A model generated the notes under the pieces. It was given only the letters and a program-made list of their open reading frames with translations. It searched no databases and was not told the DNA's origin. From Octopus vulgaris (taxonomy: Eukaryota): a stretch of 64,000 nt of DNA. Both the position numbers and the translations under genes were made by a program. Within the stretch, counting starts at the first letter, position 1, and each line of letters opens with the position of its first letter. Below are positions 25,371 through 40,392 of this stretch, piece after piece. The stretch spans positions 7,192,001-7,256,000 of the forward strand of contig OX597824.1 of NCBI GenBank assembly GCA_951406725.2, written 5' to 3'.

Positions 25371-25681
25371 TGTTTGAATTTTGCTTTACATTTGCACAAG
25401 CTGGCTCCAAGTCTCACCCAGAGACTTCAAGAGACAACAGGTTGGAAGTTCACGTTGTTGTTATGCCTAGTGTACCATATATTTGGGGGGTTTTTTGGTG
25501 TTGTACTAGTGAATGTCTAATACATTAAAAAAAAGTTTGTTTTAAACCTTGGGATTACATAGAGAGTATTTTGCGTAGGATATGAGCAGTTCCCATGAGC
25601 ACTATCTTTTGAATTTCTGCCATTTTGGGGTTTCCTGGTATCTGAGTTAGGTAGCAATCAGCCCCTTTCGCTATCATTCCC
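25370..25681 (-). mobile_element. 5'-truncated R4/Dong-type non-LTR retrotransposon inserted in (TAA)n
   Basis: Minus strand GMIAKGADCYLTQIPGNPKMAEIQKIVLMGTAHILRKILSM* (RLE-element C-terminal IQK..L.GTAHILRK motif) plus 3' UTR. (TTA)n on both sides. Confidence 0.8.
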
Positions 25682-25722
<41 letters not shown>

Positions 25723-25790
25723 GTCTTCTATTAACTACATTAGTCTTTTTTAAACATATTCTAACATATTCTAACAAAATAATGCACATA

Positions 25791-25960
25791 GGCGCAGGAG
25801 TGGCTGTGTGGTAAGTAGCTTGCTAACCAACCACATGGTTCCGGGTTCAGTCCCACTGCGTGGCATCTTGGGCAAGTGTCTTCTGCTATAGCCCCGGGCC
25901 GACCAATGCCTTGTGAGTGGATTTGGTTGACGGAAACTGAAAGAAGCCTGTCGTATATAT

Positions 25961-26000
<40 letters not shown>

Positions 26001-26210
26001 TTGTGTGTCTGTGTTTGTCCCCCTAGCATTGCTTGACAACTGATGCTGGTGTGTTTACGTCCCCGTCACTTAGCGGTTCGGCAAAAGAGACCGATAGAAT
26101 AAGTACTGGGCTTACAAAGAATAAGTCTCGGGGTCGATTTGCTCGACTAAAGGCGTTGCTCCAGCATGGCCGCAGTCAAATGACTGAAACAAGTAAAAGA
26201 GTAAAAGAGT
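25791..26210 (+). mobile_element. SINE family A, young full-length copy
   Basis: Near-identical to 8133-8537. Confidence 0.9.
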
Positions 26211-26230
26211 ATAGGTTCATTCAGTGTTTA

Positions 26231-26276
<46 letters not shown>

Positions 26277-29200
26277 CATTAACGGTCTTCTATTAATTAC
26301 ATTAGTCTTCTTAAACATATTTCGTTGTAGTGATTCTATTACATATCCAGTGTGTTATATTTCAGCATTTTAAATGAAATAAAAACCTTTCTACTTGGTC
26401 TGACACAATGAAGATGGGAAGACTCTAGGGGAATCTTGTATCAATAGTAAGCCATTTATTAAATGGAAAATTCATAAACATTATGAATGTATTCTAGACG
26501 TTTAATATGTTGTCAAGTGTTCAAAGACGAACCGACAAGCATCAATTCTAAAATAATCCATATTCAAAGTCATCGTAACTAAAGTTAACCAGTTATCTAG
26601 ATCACAATGTTGATATCTTCTCAATTAATTTGTCTTGTACCAGGGGAAAATGAAAAACAAAACACTACAACCATCAAACAAATATCTATTAAGAAGAAAG
26701 CAGCAGAGGCAAGATGGACAGTGTTATTAATCTGTGAAGGTGGTTATTAAAAACATAACACTAAATTATAGTAAAGCTATGGAAATAACTTTATGGAATA
26801 TTAGTTCTTTATATTGGTAATGATGATGAGGAGGAGGATGATGATGTCACTGTTGTTGATGATGCATTATTTATGAGCAGATAAGAAATCATGTCTTAGA
26901 ATTCACTAAGATAATAATTTTGAAAAATAAATACGATATGATAGACTGATATATATATATACATGTGTTTTTGGCATAAATGAACACCCACACAAGTATT
27001 CAAATCATTGAAATTCTTACCAAAAGGCAGAGGAGAACTACCACAGTAATAAGCACTGACAGTAATTAATGATCATCATCGTTTAACATCTAATTTCCAT
27101 GCTGTCATGGTTTGGGTGGTTCCACAGTACCATAATGTGCCCCACATTATGTACTAATGTCTACTTTGGTACAGTTTCTATGACTAGATGCCCTTGCTAA
27201 TGCCAGCCACTTAACTGAGTGGATTGGGATGCATTTTTTTTTCATAGTACCAACACAAGTAATAATCACATGATATCTAAAGGGCTAGGGTCCTACAGCG
27301 GCCACTATAACACTAATCATTATGATAAAATGAAAGAATTGCCTCTTCATCAAGATGTCACATAAAACATACACAATTATCACAATAACATGTATATATA
27401 ATGCTGTACATATATACGACGGGCTTCTTTCGGTTTCCTTTTACCAAATCCACTCACAAGGCTTTGGTCAGCCTGAGGCTATAGTAGAAGACATTTGTCC
27501 AAGGTGCCACGCAGTGGGACTGAACCTGGAACCATGTGGTTAGGAAGCAAGCTTACCACAGAGCCACTGCCCTAACCACTGGGCCATTGCGCCTCCACTT
27601 GTTTGTTATATATATATATATATATGTGTAAATGTGTGTGTGTGTGTGTGTGTGTGTTTTTAAAAGATGCATTTCATCCATCAAATAGAAATACATCAAA
27701 ATGCAAAAATGGAAAGATTATAAGTTGAGATTTTTCAATGGTTATTTTACATTTTCTTTAAACAGAGATGTCATTCGGGGGATAAAAAAATATTCCTTAG
27801 TATATCATCACTCCTTACAACGGCAATTTAAAAGCTTCTTTTACATAAATCTCATAATTCTTTCATGTTCACAAATCATCCTTACCACTTCCTTTTTCTC
27901 TCTTCAGCGTCCCCCAGCCCCTCTGCACCTCACGTAATTTAATTCCCTTCAGCAATTCATAACAAGCTTCCCTGTCTTCTCATTTTTCAGGCCATTCACT
28001 TTGTTATAACAGAGTAGAATATAACAGACAACCGATATTCTCTTCACAAAGGAAATCTGTCTGTAACCGAAAGCATCATTGAATGAAGACCTATTCAGTA
28101 TCCTTAACCACTTTTTTTTGCCTGGAATTAATTAGGTTGCCTAAGTAACATCCTCGTACAGAACCAAGTACCACCCCTTAGAACAAGAACACGTTCCACC
28201 CAAATGCAGAAAAGTAAAATCAATCACTTGAATTTACTCAAAAGACATTTTTCTCCATATCCCAAATACGTGTCTCCTTCTTGCTCACTACCATCATCAT
28301 CACCATAGGAATCCCTATTTTATATTATTGTTCTTTTGTTATAGTTGCTCTTGCTGTTGTTGTTGTTGCTCTGACACAAACCCAATTAAATCACATCATA
28401 ACCTTCATTATTCACCATCCTCATTATTCCTGTGTTTCTATCAAAACCCTAGGCAACATGATTCTAAGCAATTCATAGAGTCTCAGACACAACATCTACC
28501 AAACTTCTTTGCGCCAAACTCATAGTTAAAAATGTACTGTTTTCAAAGCAAGAATATCATATTAACTATGATTTTGGACAGGGAAATCCTTAACCACACA
28601 GCCATGCCTGCATATTGCCAGTGGCCATATGCTGTCATTTATGATACATTTTTTCTCTTCTTTATTCCATTTAATTATTTCTGAACTGAAATTACCCGGA
28701 AAGAATTATCGCTCTTACACACAAAAGTATATCACACCGTTTAGTAATTCTCTCAAGTGGCTCTTAACACATATTATAACAACTCCTATAGTATTAGTCA
28801 CAGAAAATAAGTTTAAAGCCATGAAACCGCAAATGTGGTGAATCACTTCGAAATCTAAAGCAAAAACACACATACAAATCATAAATGCTGAACTGGGGAG
28901 TGCTTCACAACAGCTCTAGCATTAAAAGCAATTCAAATAATTTGGTAAAAGTGGAGAGAATTTCAGTGCAATTCTGAAGAAATGGGAAATGTAAAAAAAA
29001 ACACAATTCTTTATAAGAAATAACAAAATAAAAACAAAATCTTGTTTACTAACAATATTTTCTTTTCGTTATTAGTACTGCTGTGGTGGCAAACACAGGA
29101 AATCCATAATTTTTGCTGACTCGAATACATCATTACATCTTACAATTAATATCTTTCTTTTTTTTCCATGTTGTTTCCAATTAAATTCAAACTTCTAAAT

Positions 29201-30720
29201 TAATTGTTTTTGATTCGTTTTTCTCTTAAAATACACATGCTTTTAAACAGAAAGTATTGCTGACTCTTAGACATGAGTACATATTAATGATTTCGTAATG
29301 CTGTCTCTAATCAAATGCAAGTTTTTTCTGGTTTTGCTTCTTTTTCATTTTCTATCAATCTTCATAATGCACAAGCTTTTTTACCCCTTGGCATTTAAAC
29401 CAGGCATATCCAACTGAAATATCATACCTGTTCTACGTTCAAACCAGCCAGATCTGGACTCTCTCACCTACTCTACAATATCATTCTAAAACTTTACAAT
29501 CACATCATCAATCTTAAAGATAATGCATAATTAATTTAAAACAATGTGAACAGATAGGCGCAGGAGTGGCTGTGTGGTAAGTAGCTTGCCTACCAACCAC
29601 ATGGTTCCGGGTTCAGTCCCACTGCGTGGCATCTTGGGCAAGTGTCTTCTGCTATAGCCCCGAGTCGACCAATGCCTTGTGAGTGGATTTGGTAGACGGA
29701 AACTGAAAGAAGCCTGTCGTATATATGTATGTATATATGTGTGTGTGCGTTTGTGTGTCTGTGTTTGCCCCCTAGCATTGCTTGACAACCGATGCTGGTG
29801 TGTTTATGTCCCCGTCACTTAGCAGTTCGGCAAAAGAGACCGATAGAATAAGTCCCGGGGTCGATTTGATTCGACTAAAGGCGGTGCTCCAGTAAGAGAT
29901 AAGCATTACATTTGACAGAATAATTAGAACCCTAAAGGATAACACATTCCCCTTTTCACCCATTTCATTGACATAATTGTTTCTACTAAAGGCACAAGGC
30001 CTGAAATTTGGGGGGAGAGAATAAGTCGATTACACCAAACCCAAGTGTTGAACTGGTACATAATTTATCGACCCCAAAAGGATGAAAGGCAAAGTCGACC
30101 TTGGTGGAATTTGAACTCAGAATGTAGTGGCAGACGAAATACCGCTAAGCATTTCTTCCGGCATCCTAACATTTCTGACACACAGCCCTCCACAAGCATG
30201 GCTGTGTGGTTAAGAAGCTCTCTTTGCAACTATGTGGCTGTAGGTTCAGTATTGTCAGTGAAACTGTACAGAAGCCCACCATATATATGTATGCATATGT
30301 GTGTGTGTGTAAAAGTATGTATATATGTGTGTGCATGTATCATCATCATCATCATTTAACGTCCGCTTTCCATGCTAGCATGGGTTGGACGATTTGACTG
30401 AGGTCTGGCAAACCAGACTCAAATCTGATCTGGAAGAGTTTCTACAGCTGGATGCCCTTCCTAATGCCAACAACTTCGAGAGTGTAGTGGGTGCTTTTTA
30501 CATGCTACCGGCACAAGGTCCAGTTTAGTGGTACTGGCAATGGCCACGCCTAAATGGTGCATTTTATGTGCCACCTGCACAGGAGCCAGTCCAGCGGCAC
30601 TGGCAACGACTTTGCTCAAATTTTTCACATGCCACCAGCACAAGTGCTAGTAAGGCGACGCGGTAATGATCACGCTCGAATGGTGTGTTTAACATGCCAT
30701 TGGCATGAAGGCCTATATGA

Positions 30721-30762
<42 letters not shown>

Positions 30763-31304
30763 TTATACATAGACAAAAGGCTTCTTTCAGTTTCCATTTA
30801 CCAAATCCACTAACAGCAGATATAGTAAAAGACACTTAAGTGCCACATGATAGAACTGAACCGAAGACCCTATGATTGGGAAGCAAGCTTCTCAACCACC
30901 CAGTCACACCTGTACCTACCTTAAAACCAGAATGCTAAAAATGCTTATTTTGAAACGTATCCTGTTTTATTCTCATAAGTGGCATGATACGATTAAATCC
31001 AACCTGAAGTATGTGGGTTTTTTATGTTTCTTTATTCTCCTGTGAGGTTTACTGACAAGAACAGAATACTTTTCAAACAAAAGCCATCTGTATGTTCTCA
31101 AAGCAGGTAAGTTAAAGAACTTGGGTGGCAAACAACTGTCATATTCCTTACAAGCTTAAAAGCAAGGCCTTGTTATATATATAGTTGCTGTTTAAATGTT
31201 TACAAATTCAACTCTAACGTAGGAATAAGAAAAAAAAATATTGAGAGAATTTCCTGGAAGTTATCTCTGCTCACAGTTTCAAACATATAACTAGACAAGG
31301 TTTC

Positions 31305-31378
<74 letters not shown>

Positions 31379-31470
31379 TAAATGTATGTATGTATGTATA
31401 TATATATATATAAATATATATACACACACATATACACATATATACATACACACACACACACACATATGTA

Positions 31471-31518
<48 letters not shown>

Positions 31519-31594
31519 ATACATACACACGTGTATACACACACTCACAAACACACACATACACTTACACAGCTTCAAACATATAACTAGAAAA

Positions 31595-31633
<39 letters not shown>

Positions 31634-31713
31634 ATATACACATATATGTATATATACACATATGGTGGTGCTACAGCATGACCTCAGCTACATGGCTGCA
31701 ACAAGTAAAAGAG

Positions 31714-31751
<38 letters not shown>

Positions 31752-31761
31752 CACACTCACT

Positions 31762-31792
<31 letters not shown>

Positions 31793-32394
31793 ACAAACAC
31801 ACACATATATATATCAAAAGCATATAATTAAAACCCAAAACAATTTCTAAAAATAAGCCAAGACCATCATTCTGCTATTCAATAGAGTTGCGTCAATTTT
31901 TGAAAGTATTTTTGGAATACAGACACAGCAGAGTGGTTATGAAGTTTCTTCTCCAATTCCATGGTTCCAGATTCGATTGTACAGCAGGGTACTTTGGAGA
32001 AGTGTTTCCTGCTATGTCGAAGGCCAATAAAAGCCAGAAACTGAAAGAAGCCTGTCGTGTGTGTGGGTATGAGCTAAAGTCTCCTTGTCTTCACATTATG
32101 CACAAGCTCTCACTATATATAAATGGTATCCTTTGTTTTCATTTGCTTGTTTTAATGTTCCCTTTCCCATGCCTGCATTGAGGTAGATTTCTTTCCTGCA
32201 GTTGAATGCCCTTCTTGTTGCCAACTTTCACCTATTTCCAAATACAATTTATATTTCTTTTGCCCCTTGACCAAACCTGTTTCCATGGAAGACTGGAAAT
32301 GAACTACACTGCTTGTATGAGGGTGAAACTCATTTACAACTATCACACAATGTCAAAAACAAGAAGATACAAACACTCACATACACATATAGTC

Positions 32395-32600
32395 GCCATG
32401 ATAGATCGTTAGCCACTACACACATTTTTTTTTTCTCCTTGTTTCTCTCCTTGTTTTTTCTGTGTCCCTTTCTGTAGGAGAGCATAGGCTCGAAACGTAA
32501 AAGACTTTTTCTATTCCTGAGCGTTATACTAATACATCTGTATGTTTTGTACACCACCTGTCTTCGTCTTTTGTTTTTTTTCGTAAACTCTCCCCCTATA
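32395..32600 (+). mobile_element. Penelope-like terminal repeat fragment with degenerate minimal hammerhead-like motif
   Basis: CTGTAGGA-GAGC-atag-GCTC-GAAAC-GTA-aaaga at 32472-32504. A related copy lies in opposite orientation at ~21455-21582. Confidence 0.45.
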
Positions 32601-33552
32601 TATAAGGGACCTCTTTCAGTTTCCATCTATCAAATTGATAACCAGCCAATGGTTACAGTGGAAAACATTTGACCAAGATGCCACATGGATGGATTGTAAA
32701 GTGAACTACACAGCAAAGCCTGCTACTACTATCATCACCATCGTAGTTTTAATTTCAGATTTTCCATGCATGAATGGATCAGCCAGAATTCTGGTGATGC
32801 AGATTTTCTACAGCTGGATGCTCTTCCTGTCACCAATTCCCACCTGTTTCCTAGAAACCTAGTATTTCCCCATCACCAGACATGTTTTCACAGAATATTT
32901 GGAAGTGAAGGACACCACTTCCAAGATAGTAACATTTGCTTACAACTACCAATGGGCTGCCAAGGCAAGGAGACTAACACACACAGATACTCAATGGGCT
33001 TCTTTCAGTTTCCATTGACCAAATCCACTTACAAGACATTAGTTAGGCCAAGGCTATATTTGGTCCAAGACTATAGAAGACACTCATTGAGAGTGCTGTG
33101 CAGTGGGATTGAACCCGGAACCATGAGCTTGGAAGGCAAATGTCTTATAACACAGCAACAATTTTTTTAAAAATTCAACTGTAGGATCTGAGAGGACAAT
33201 TGGAGTCAATGGGAGTAAGTATGTCAAATTAATTTTGAATGTACAAGGAGGGCAATTCATTTAAGCTTTTTTTTTGTCTTGCAAGTACTTGGTGACCCTG
33301 TCAGTGCAGGTGCCACTTAAAATCCCCTAGATCACACACTGTAAGGTGGTTAGTGTTCAGAAGGTCATCCAGCTGTAAAAACTTTACCAAAACTTGTGCT
33401 TCTGCCATGTAAAAAGCACTAAGTCCACTCTGCTGAGTGGTTGGTGTTAGGAAGGGCATCCAGCTGTAAAAATCCTGCCATAACAATCACAGATTTTCTG
33501 GTGTAGGCTTCAGCCTGGTCAGCTTCTATCAAACCATTCCACCCATGCCAGC

Positions 33553-33760
33553 TTCCATTCAAGAATTTGGACCTGGAGATCTCCATTTCCAGTGACTTCG
33601 AGGGCAACCTCCCAGTGGTGTCGGGTGTCAACGAAGAGCCCTCAACTACAACAAGACGACCAAAGTTTTTTTTTTTTCCAACGCCTGGGGTCTCCCACCC
33701 CTAAGACCTAGACCGTCACCTAATCACCCTTACCTGTCTTGTTGCTTAACAACAACAACA
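33553..33760 (+). mobile_element. Truncated retroposon with (AAC)n tail inserted into an RTE tail
   Basis: 12-bp TSD acccatgccagc at 33541-33552 and 33761-33772. Confidence 0.7.
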
Positions 33761-33816
33761 ACCCATGCCAGCATGGAAGGCGAACATTAAACAATGATGA
33801 TGATAAATTGTAATTA

Positions 33817-33891
<75 letters not shown>

Positions 33892-35091
33892 TATTTAATT
33901 TCATAATAGAATTATCAGGTCTAGACTATATATCACTCCAAGGAAACTACCTTTTGGGCACCAGACTTCATGAAACTTCATACAAAATATGCACGTATGC
34001 ACACACATATATGCACAACTGCAGCTGTTACGACATGCACAGGCATGCACAATTTATTTTTCTTTATGAGATGAAAATAATCACACACAAACATTAATAT
34101 TTCATCCAATTCCTAGCTGCAGGTCAATTTTGATGAAGAAAAGAATAACACTTCGTTGAGTTGATGCCAAAGCAGTTAATTGAATTCACAACGGTGCATT
34201 ACAGGCGCAGCTTCCTCGGAACAAGTATTAAACTAGCAGCGTCTACAACACTGCACTGATACCACAACATCATGCGAGGATTATCAGGTTAGATTGTCTG
34301 GTACCATGTGTTGCTTGTCGTTTTTTGTTTGTTTTTGTCTTTTAATAAAGCATTTACAATTTTAAACTTTGTTTTTTTTTTTAATTTTTGTTAACGGACA
34401 TGCTCCAGCAGTTGCTTTCATTATTAGCACAGACACACGGTGGCGTGGCGAAAGGCCAGAAGAGACAGCTTCGGACTGGCAATGGATTTTCTGTACGTGT
34501 TTATTTATCTCACTTGTTGTTCAATCAATGCTTGATCAGTATTTTTCCATTTCTGTTTACATCCGACGGAGAATGTTTTCGTGCCAGCCTACGAAATGAA
34601 ATTTCAATGTCTATACAATTGCTTTCATTTCAATATCCTTCATAAAGATACCAAACTTTGGCATGCACTTTACAAGTTCAGTAGTTCACCAAAATTAAAG
34701 TATGTACAGTGCAGAAGAATAGTCGACTGCTGTAGAAGACATAAAAAAGCCCGATTTAATTGAAGAATGCTTCCAACTATGTCACTGCTACAAGAGAAGA
34801 AAATAAATTGCACAAGAAATATGATTATTGAAGACACAAAGCAGAACGGAGTGGAAGCTAAAACTGAGGGTAAGGCAAAAATGCCATGCAATATTTAACT
34901 GTGACTATGAACTGAAATCCTGCAAGGACTGACTTGTTTTTTTTTTTTTTTTCTTTCAGGTTGATAAAATAAGTAGCAGTAAAGGTGAGTAAGAGGAATG
35001 GGATCAGGCCACAAAACATCGCCTCAGTAATATATTCATCTAACTTTGTCTAAATGATTTTATGGGAAAATGGACAGACGGACGGACTGCC

Positions 35092-35291
35092 TGACTCACT
35101 TACTTACTCGTTCACTCTCACTCACTTACTCGTTCACTCTCACTCACACATCCACTCACTCACTCATTCACTGACTGACTCAATCACTCACTCACTGACC
35201 CACCCACTCACTCCCTCATTCACTCACTCACCCACCGACTCACTCACTCACCCACTCACTCACCCCTCACTCACTCAGCCACTCATTCACT
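35092..35291. repeat. Degenerate (CACT)n microsatellite
   Basis: Direct inspection. Confidence 0.85.
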
Positions 35292-37751
35292 GAGTGTGTG
35301 TGTTATATGCCAGCATGAGAAACAGATATTAAATGATGAAGATGATGATATTTGTATATGTATGTGTATGTATATGCACATAGAGAAGACCATCCCCTCT
35401 GGTCACAAATGACCACAGGATGGCACCTAGAAAGTTCTCAGATCAGACTGGAGGCTGGGGCAGTCTCCTGGTTTCCCAGACCCCAGTCGAACCGTCCAAC
35501 CGATGCCAGCATGGAAAAACGGACGTCAAACGATGATGATGATATCTGCATATATACACATGCACATACACACACACGTGTGTGTGTATATGCATATATA
35601 CACATGCACATACACACACACGTGTGTGCATATTCTTTTTCTAGGAGTTTGTTGGTGTTAAAGGGTTTAAAACTCCAAATTGTTAAAAGCTCTGATAATG
35701 GCAACCCTATAAATATCTGCTAGAAAGCTATAACATTTCTTGTGTTGGTTCGTATTGCTTCTAATAACATCCTTCAGTTCTTATCTCATCATCTTAACTG
35801 TCCTATCAACAGCAGCACATCTATTCCCATGGAATCCACAGAGACAAACAATCAAGATATGTAAATCTAAATGGGTTTCTGTTTTTTTTTTGCTTCTTTT
35901 TGCATAATTTTTCTTTTCCTTTTTCTTGTCATTTTGTAAATTTAAAACTCATGGTTTTCAACAGTGTTTCTCTTATCTTTCTTTCCTTTTACCATCTTTC
36001 AACAATATAAAGATGCTGGACACACTACAAGCTTCATTTGCAAAGCATCCTCAACTCTTGATGAAGTTGTGGGGGCAAACAACATAACATACAGTACACA
36101 ATGTGCATTTTTAAACTAAGTGGAACCCATCCCTCCCCAATAGTTCCTTCCTAAGACAGAGTTTATTTCCAGTCTGACGGCAAGTGACCTGTGGGTTCTG
36201 AAACAGCCCATTTAAAAGATAATATATTACCAAGGGAAACTGCTCAGGTACAACAACAATGGTAGCAACAAAGCTGGCAATGCCAACAACGCCACCACCA
36301 CTGCCATCATTATCATCATTTAAAATCCCCTTTTCCATATATGAACAGACAAGCCAGAGGGCAGCACCAGGTTTGGCATGGTCTCTATAACTGGTTGCCC
36401 TTCCATATGCCAACCACTTTACAGAGTGTACTGGATGTTTTTACATGGCACCCGCATCAATGAGGTCCCCACGCACCACAAGATAAGATCCCTTGACTGA
36501 GTGGAGTATAGAATGAAGGGATAAGAAACTACGATAAACAGGGAACAGGTGCCTTGCTGGGAAGGTGAATGCATGGTTTAACCACCGAGAGAGAGAGAGA
36601 GAGAGATAAAGAGATGTGAGGTCCAAGTTCAAGGTGGAATATGATACAGAATAGTAGAAGAGCAGAAAAGGTGGATGTGTAGATAAGTGCACTGAGAGAA
36701 GGTAGGCTGAGTGATGGTTAGAGATAGGGGATGAGTTGTGAACAGAGGATATTAGTTCAGCTTTAAAAAACGACAGCCATCATGGTAGTGCTGCTATATT
36801 TAATATATTGAGCACTGAAAATCTTTACATAGCTGGAAATAACTCTACAACAAGGAAGAAGTATTAGTCAATGATATGAACAATAGCTTACACATTTAAT
36901 ACAATATGAGGACTGTTATCTAACTTGTACTGTTTTCAAGACAGACTTTACTTCTGTAATCTGGTAAAAAAAAAAGTAAATGCCATATTTTCTTTAGTTT
37001 TACAATTCAAAAGTAAAGAATGGCACCAACTATTTAAAGAGGAGACTTATTCTCTGTTGGAATAGCTTTATGTACATATTTAAATGAAAGCAGCTAAACT
37101 TACCAAGATCAATACTGAGAAAAACATGATACAAACACCGAACCGAATCTAATCGTATAACAATTTTTCTATAACTTGACAATCTGAAACTTTATACAAT
37201 CAATCTTTACGCAGTTTACATATTCTGTGTCTGCATGCCACCAATTCTATGAAAGATCAGACGGAGCAGATTTGCATCCTCTTCTTTTCCCTCACTGAAA
37301 CCCAGTAAAGTCTACAACAACAACAAAAATATGATTAAATAAAAAAACAAATATTAAGGCAAGTGATCTGAGATTGGTATTTTTTTTTACTTATTCTTCA
37401 TTCATTTCTTAAATAACCACACACACACACACACAAACATATACACATAAATACACACACACACACACACAAACATATACACATACACATACATATACAT
37501 ACATACGTGTATGTATACACATACACATACATATATGCACATATATACAGTTATATCTACACACACATACATGCATATATGTATGTATACACATACATAT
37601 ACACACATATATGTACATATATACACAGTTATATGTACACATACACATGCACTCAAACATACATATATGTATACACATACACACACATATATATATATAT
37701 GCACATATATACACAGTTATATCTATACACACACACATACACATATATATA

Positions 37752-38070
37752 CAAGATGTGGGAAGAGATGGTGAAATATGATCTCTGGTTGCTGAGCCTC
37801 ATGGAGCCATGATGACAAGTGACTAAGACTTCTGGTGATTCCCTGTGCTTGAGAAGATACACCAAGTTCAGTGAAATCATGGCCAGTTCTGGTGGCACAT
37901 AAAGGACACCTATGCCAGTGAATCATAAAGGGGACCAGTGCCAGTGACAGGTAAAAAGCACCTGTGCTCGTGCCCCATGAAAAGCACCCAAAACACCCTG
38001 TAAAGTGGCTGGCATTAGGAAGGGCATCCAGCTGTAGAAACCAAGCCTGAACAGACCGGAGCCTGGTCTT
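37752..38070 (+). mobile_element. RTE LINE 3' end/UTR
   Basis: KMWEEMVKYDL followed by aggaagggcatccagctgtagaaacc. Confidence 0.6.
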
Positions 38071-38301
38071 TCATGTGTTTTTCCATGCTACCATGGGTTA
38101 AATGAATATATTATTGAGGCATTGTTTTACAGCCAGATACCCTTCCTGCCACTAACTAACCATTATGTGTTTTCCACATAAGAGATCATTTATTCCACAC
38201 ATCTTTGAAGGTGTCAAGCCAGTGGATAATTTACTAATGGGTACATGACAATTCCACAGCTTGTAGCTCAGTGATTTTCAAAGAAGAATAAATGTAAACA
38301 A

Positions 38302-38332
<31 letters not shown>

Positions 38333-40392
38333 GGACAGTTTCTGTCTAACAAATCCATTCACAATATTTTCATCAGTTTGGAGAAATTGCAGATAACACT
38401 CGCCCAAAGTGTCACACAGGGGTATCGAACCTGAATCCATGAGCTTCAGAACCAAAGTGATTTTAAGAATAACAACAGAACATTTACTGGTGGAGAGGCT
38501 CAATACTTAAGGTAGAGTCAAATTTCTTATAAATGTTGTTTTGACTGCTTCAATGTCTCATGAAGTGATTCTTGAAGTCCTTTGCCAACATGAAATCTAA
38601 GATAATTTTCATTGTTGACATATTATTCTTCTGTTTTATTTGTTTCAGCCACTGGTCTACATCCATGTTGGTACAATGTCTGGAATGGTTTGGGCAAACA
38701 AATCAACCCCAAGACTTTTTAAACCTAGTACTTATTCTTATTTCTTTATTGGCCACAGGAGGCTAAACACAGAGGGGACAAACAAGGACAGACAAAGGAA
38801 TTAAGTTGGTTACTGGTACTTAATTTATTGACCCCCGAAAGTATGAAAGGCAAAGTCGACCTTGGTGGAATTTGAACTCAGAACGTAATGGCAGATGAAA
38901 TACCGCAAAGCATTTCGCCCAGCATGCTAACGTTTCTGCCAGCTCGCCGCATAGTACTTATTCTATAAGTCTCTCTTTTGCCAAACTGCTAAGTTATGGA
39001 GATGTAAACACATCAATACCAGTTGAGGGACAAACACAGATGCAAAGACAAACACACACACACACATACACACATATATTTATACATACAACAAGCTTCC
39101 TTCAGTTTCTATCAATTAAATCTACTCATAAAGCAATAGGAGGAGAAACTTGCCCAAGGTGCTATGCTGTGGAATTAAATCTGAAACCATGTGGTTGGAA
39201 AGCAAACTTCTTAATGCGCACACACACACACACACATATACTCATACATATATACACACATGCATATATGAAGGGCTTCCACACAATTTCTATTTAACAA
39301 ATTGACTCACAAGGCATAGCTTGGCCCACAGCTTTAGTAAAAGACTGGCCCAAAGTGTTACACCTTGGTACTGAACCTAAATCCTAGCAATTGTTAAGCA
39401 AGTTTCTTAACCAAACCTATTATATATAAAGAAAAAAACTCAACCGCAAATGCAATAAGAATTTGAGGAAGTGAAATCTTTATTTTCATCTATTTTTATC
39501 TATCACAAAACTTCCTGGTTTCTTTCAGTTCATATTTTCTATTCTATTCGAAAAATATAGGATTAGTTACATCATAATGTGGAAAAAAAAAAAAAGTCAG
39601 ACAGAAAAATGTTTCTCAAGTGAATTTAACATATGAGCTTTATTTATTGATCAATGTGAGATCAAAGAAGTTCAAGTGTATTTCAGATATTTCTAGAAAT
39701 AAAAAAATACGAAAACGAAAAAAAGAAAGGAGTTGAAATAAGCAAACAAAGAAGTCAAGGAGAAGCCATCAAGCCAAGAAATAACTATAAATTAGAAAAA
39801 TATGAACAATGATAATTAGTAGCAAAGATTATTTGATTAGATCGTTAAACATAATTTTTTTTTTTAATTCTATGCTAGTCATTATATGCTGCCAACTAAG
39901 AATAGAATAGCTGTCAAAAACACCAACTGTCAACCAAAAATACGTGTTTAGTTTATTCTCAGCAGAGTTAAGTACAAGATTAAGAAATAAATTATTAAAA
40001 GACGACAACAACAAGTCCTTACCACAGAACGACAACAAGGTCTGATTATCTTGGCACAGGTAAAAAAAAGTATTCCCTCTGAGTTTTCTGTTCAGAGGTT
40101 TAAATATTTTATAATTTCTATGGAATAATTAGATGTCACAAATATAACTATATATAGCTGGCAGAAACGTTAGCACACTGGGTGAAATGCGTAGCCGTAT
40201 TTCGTCTGCCGTCACGTTCTGAGTTCAAATTCCACTGAGGTCGACTTTGCCTTTCATCCTTTCAGGGTCGATAAATTAAGTACCAGTTATGCACTGGGGT
40301 CGATGTAATTGACTTAATCTATTTCTCTGTCCTTGTATGTCCCCTCTGTGTTTAGCCCCTTGTGGGTAGTAAAGAAATATATATATATATTT

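Noticed and set aside
34390-34920. Possible transposase relic (LYKFSSSPK)
   Set aside because: Too degenerate to classify by eye.
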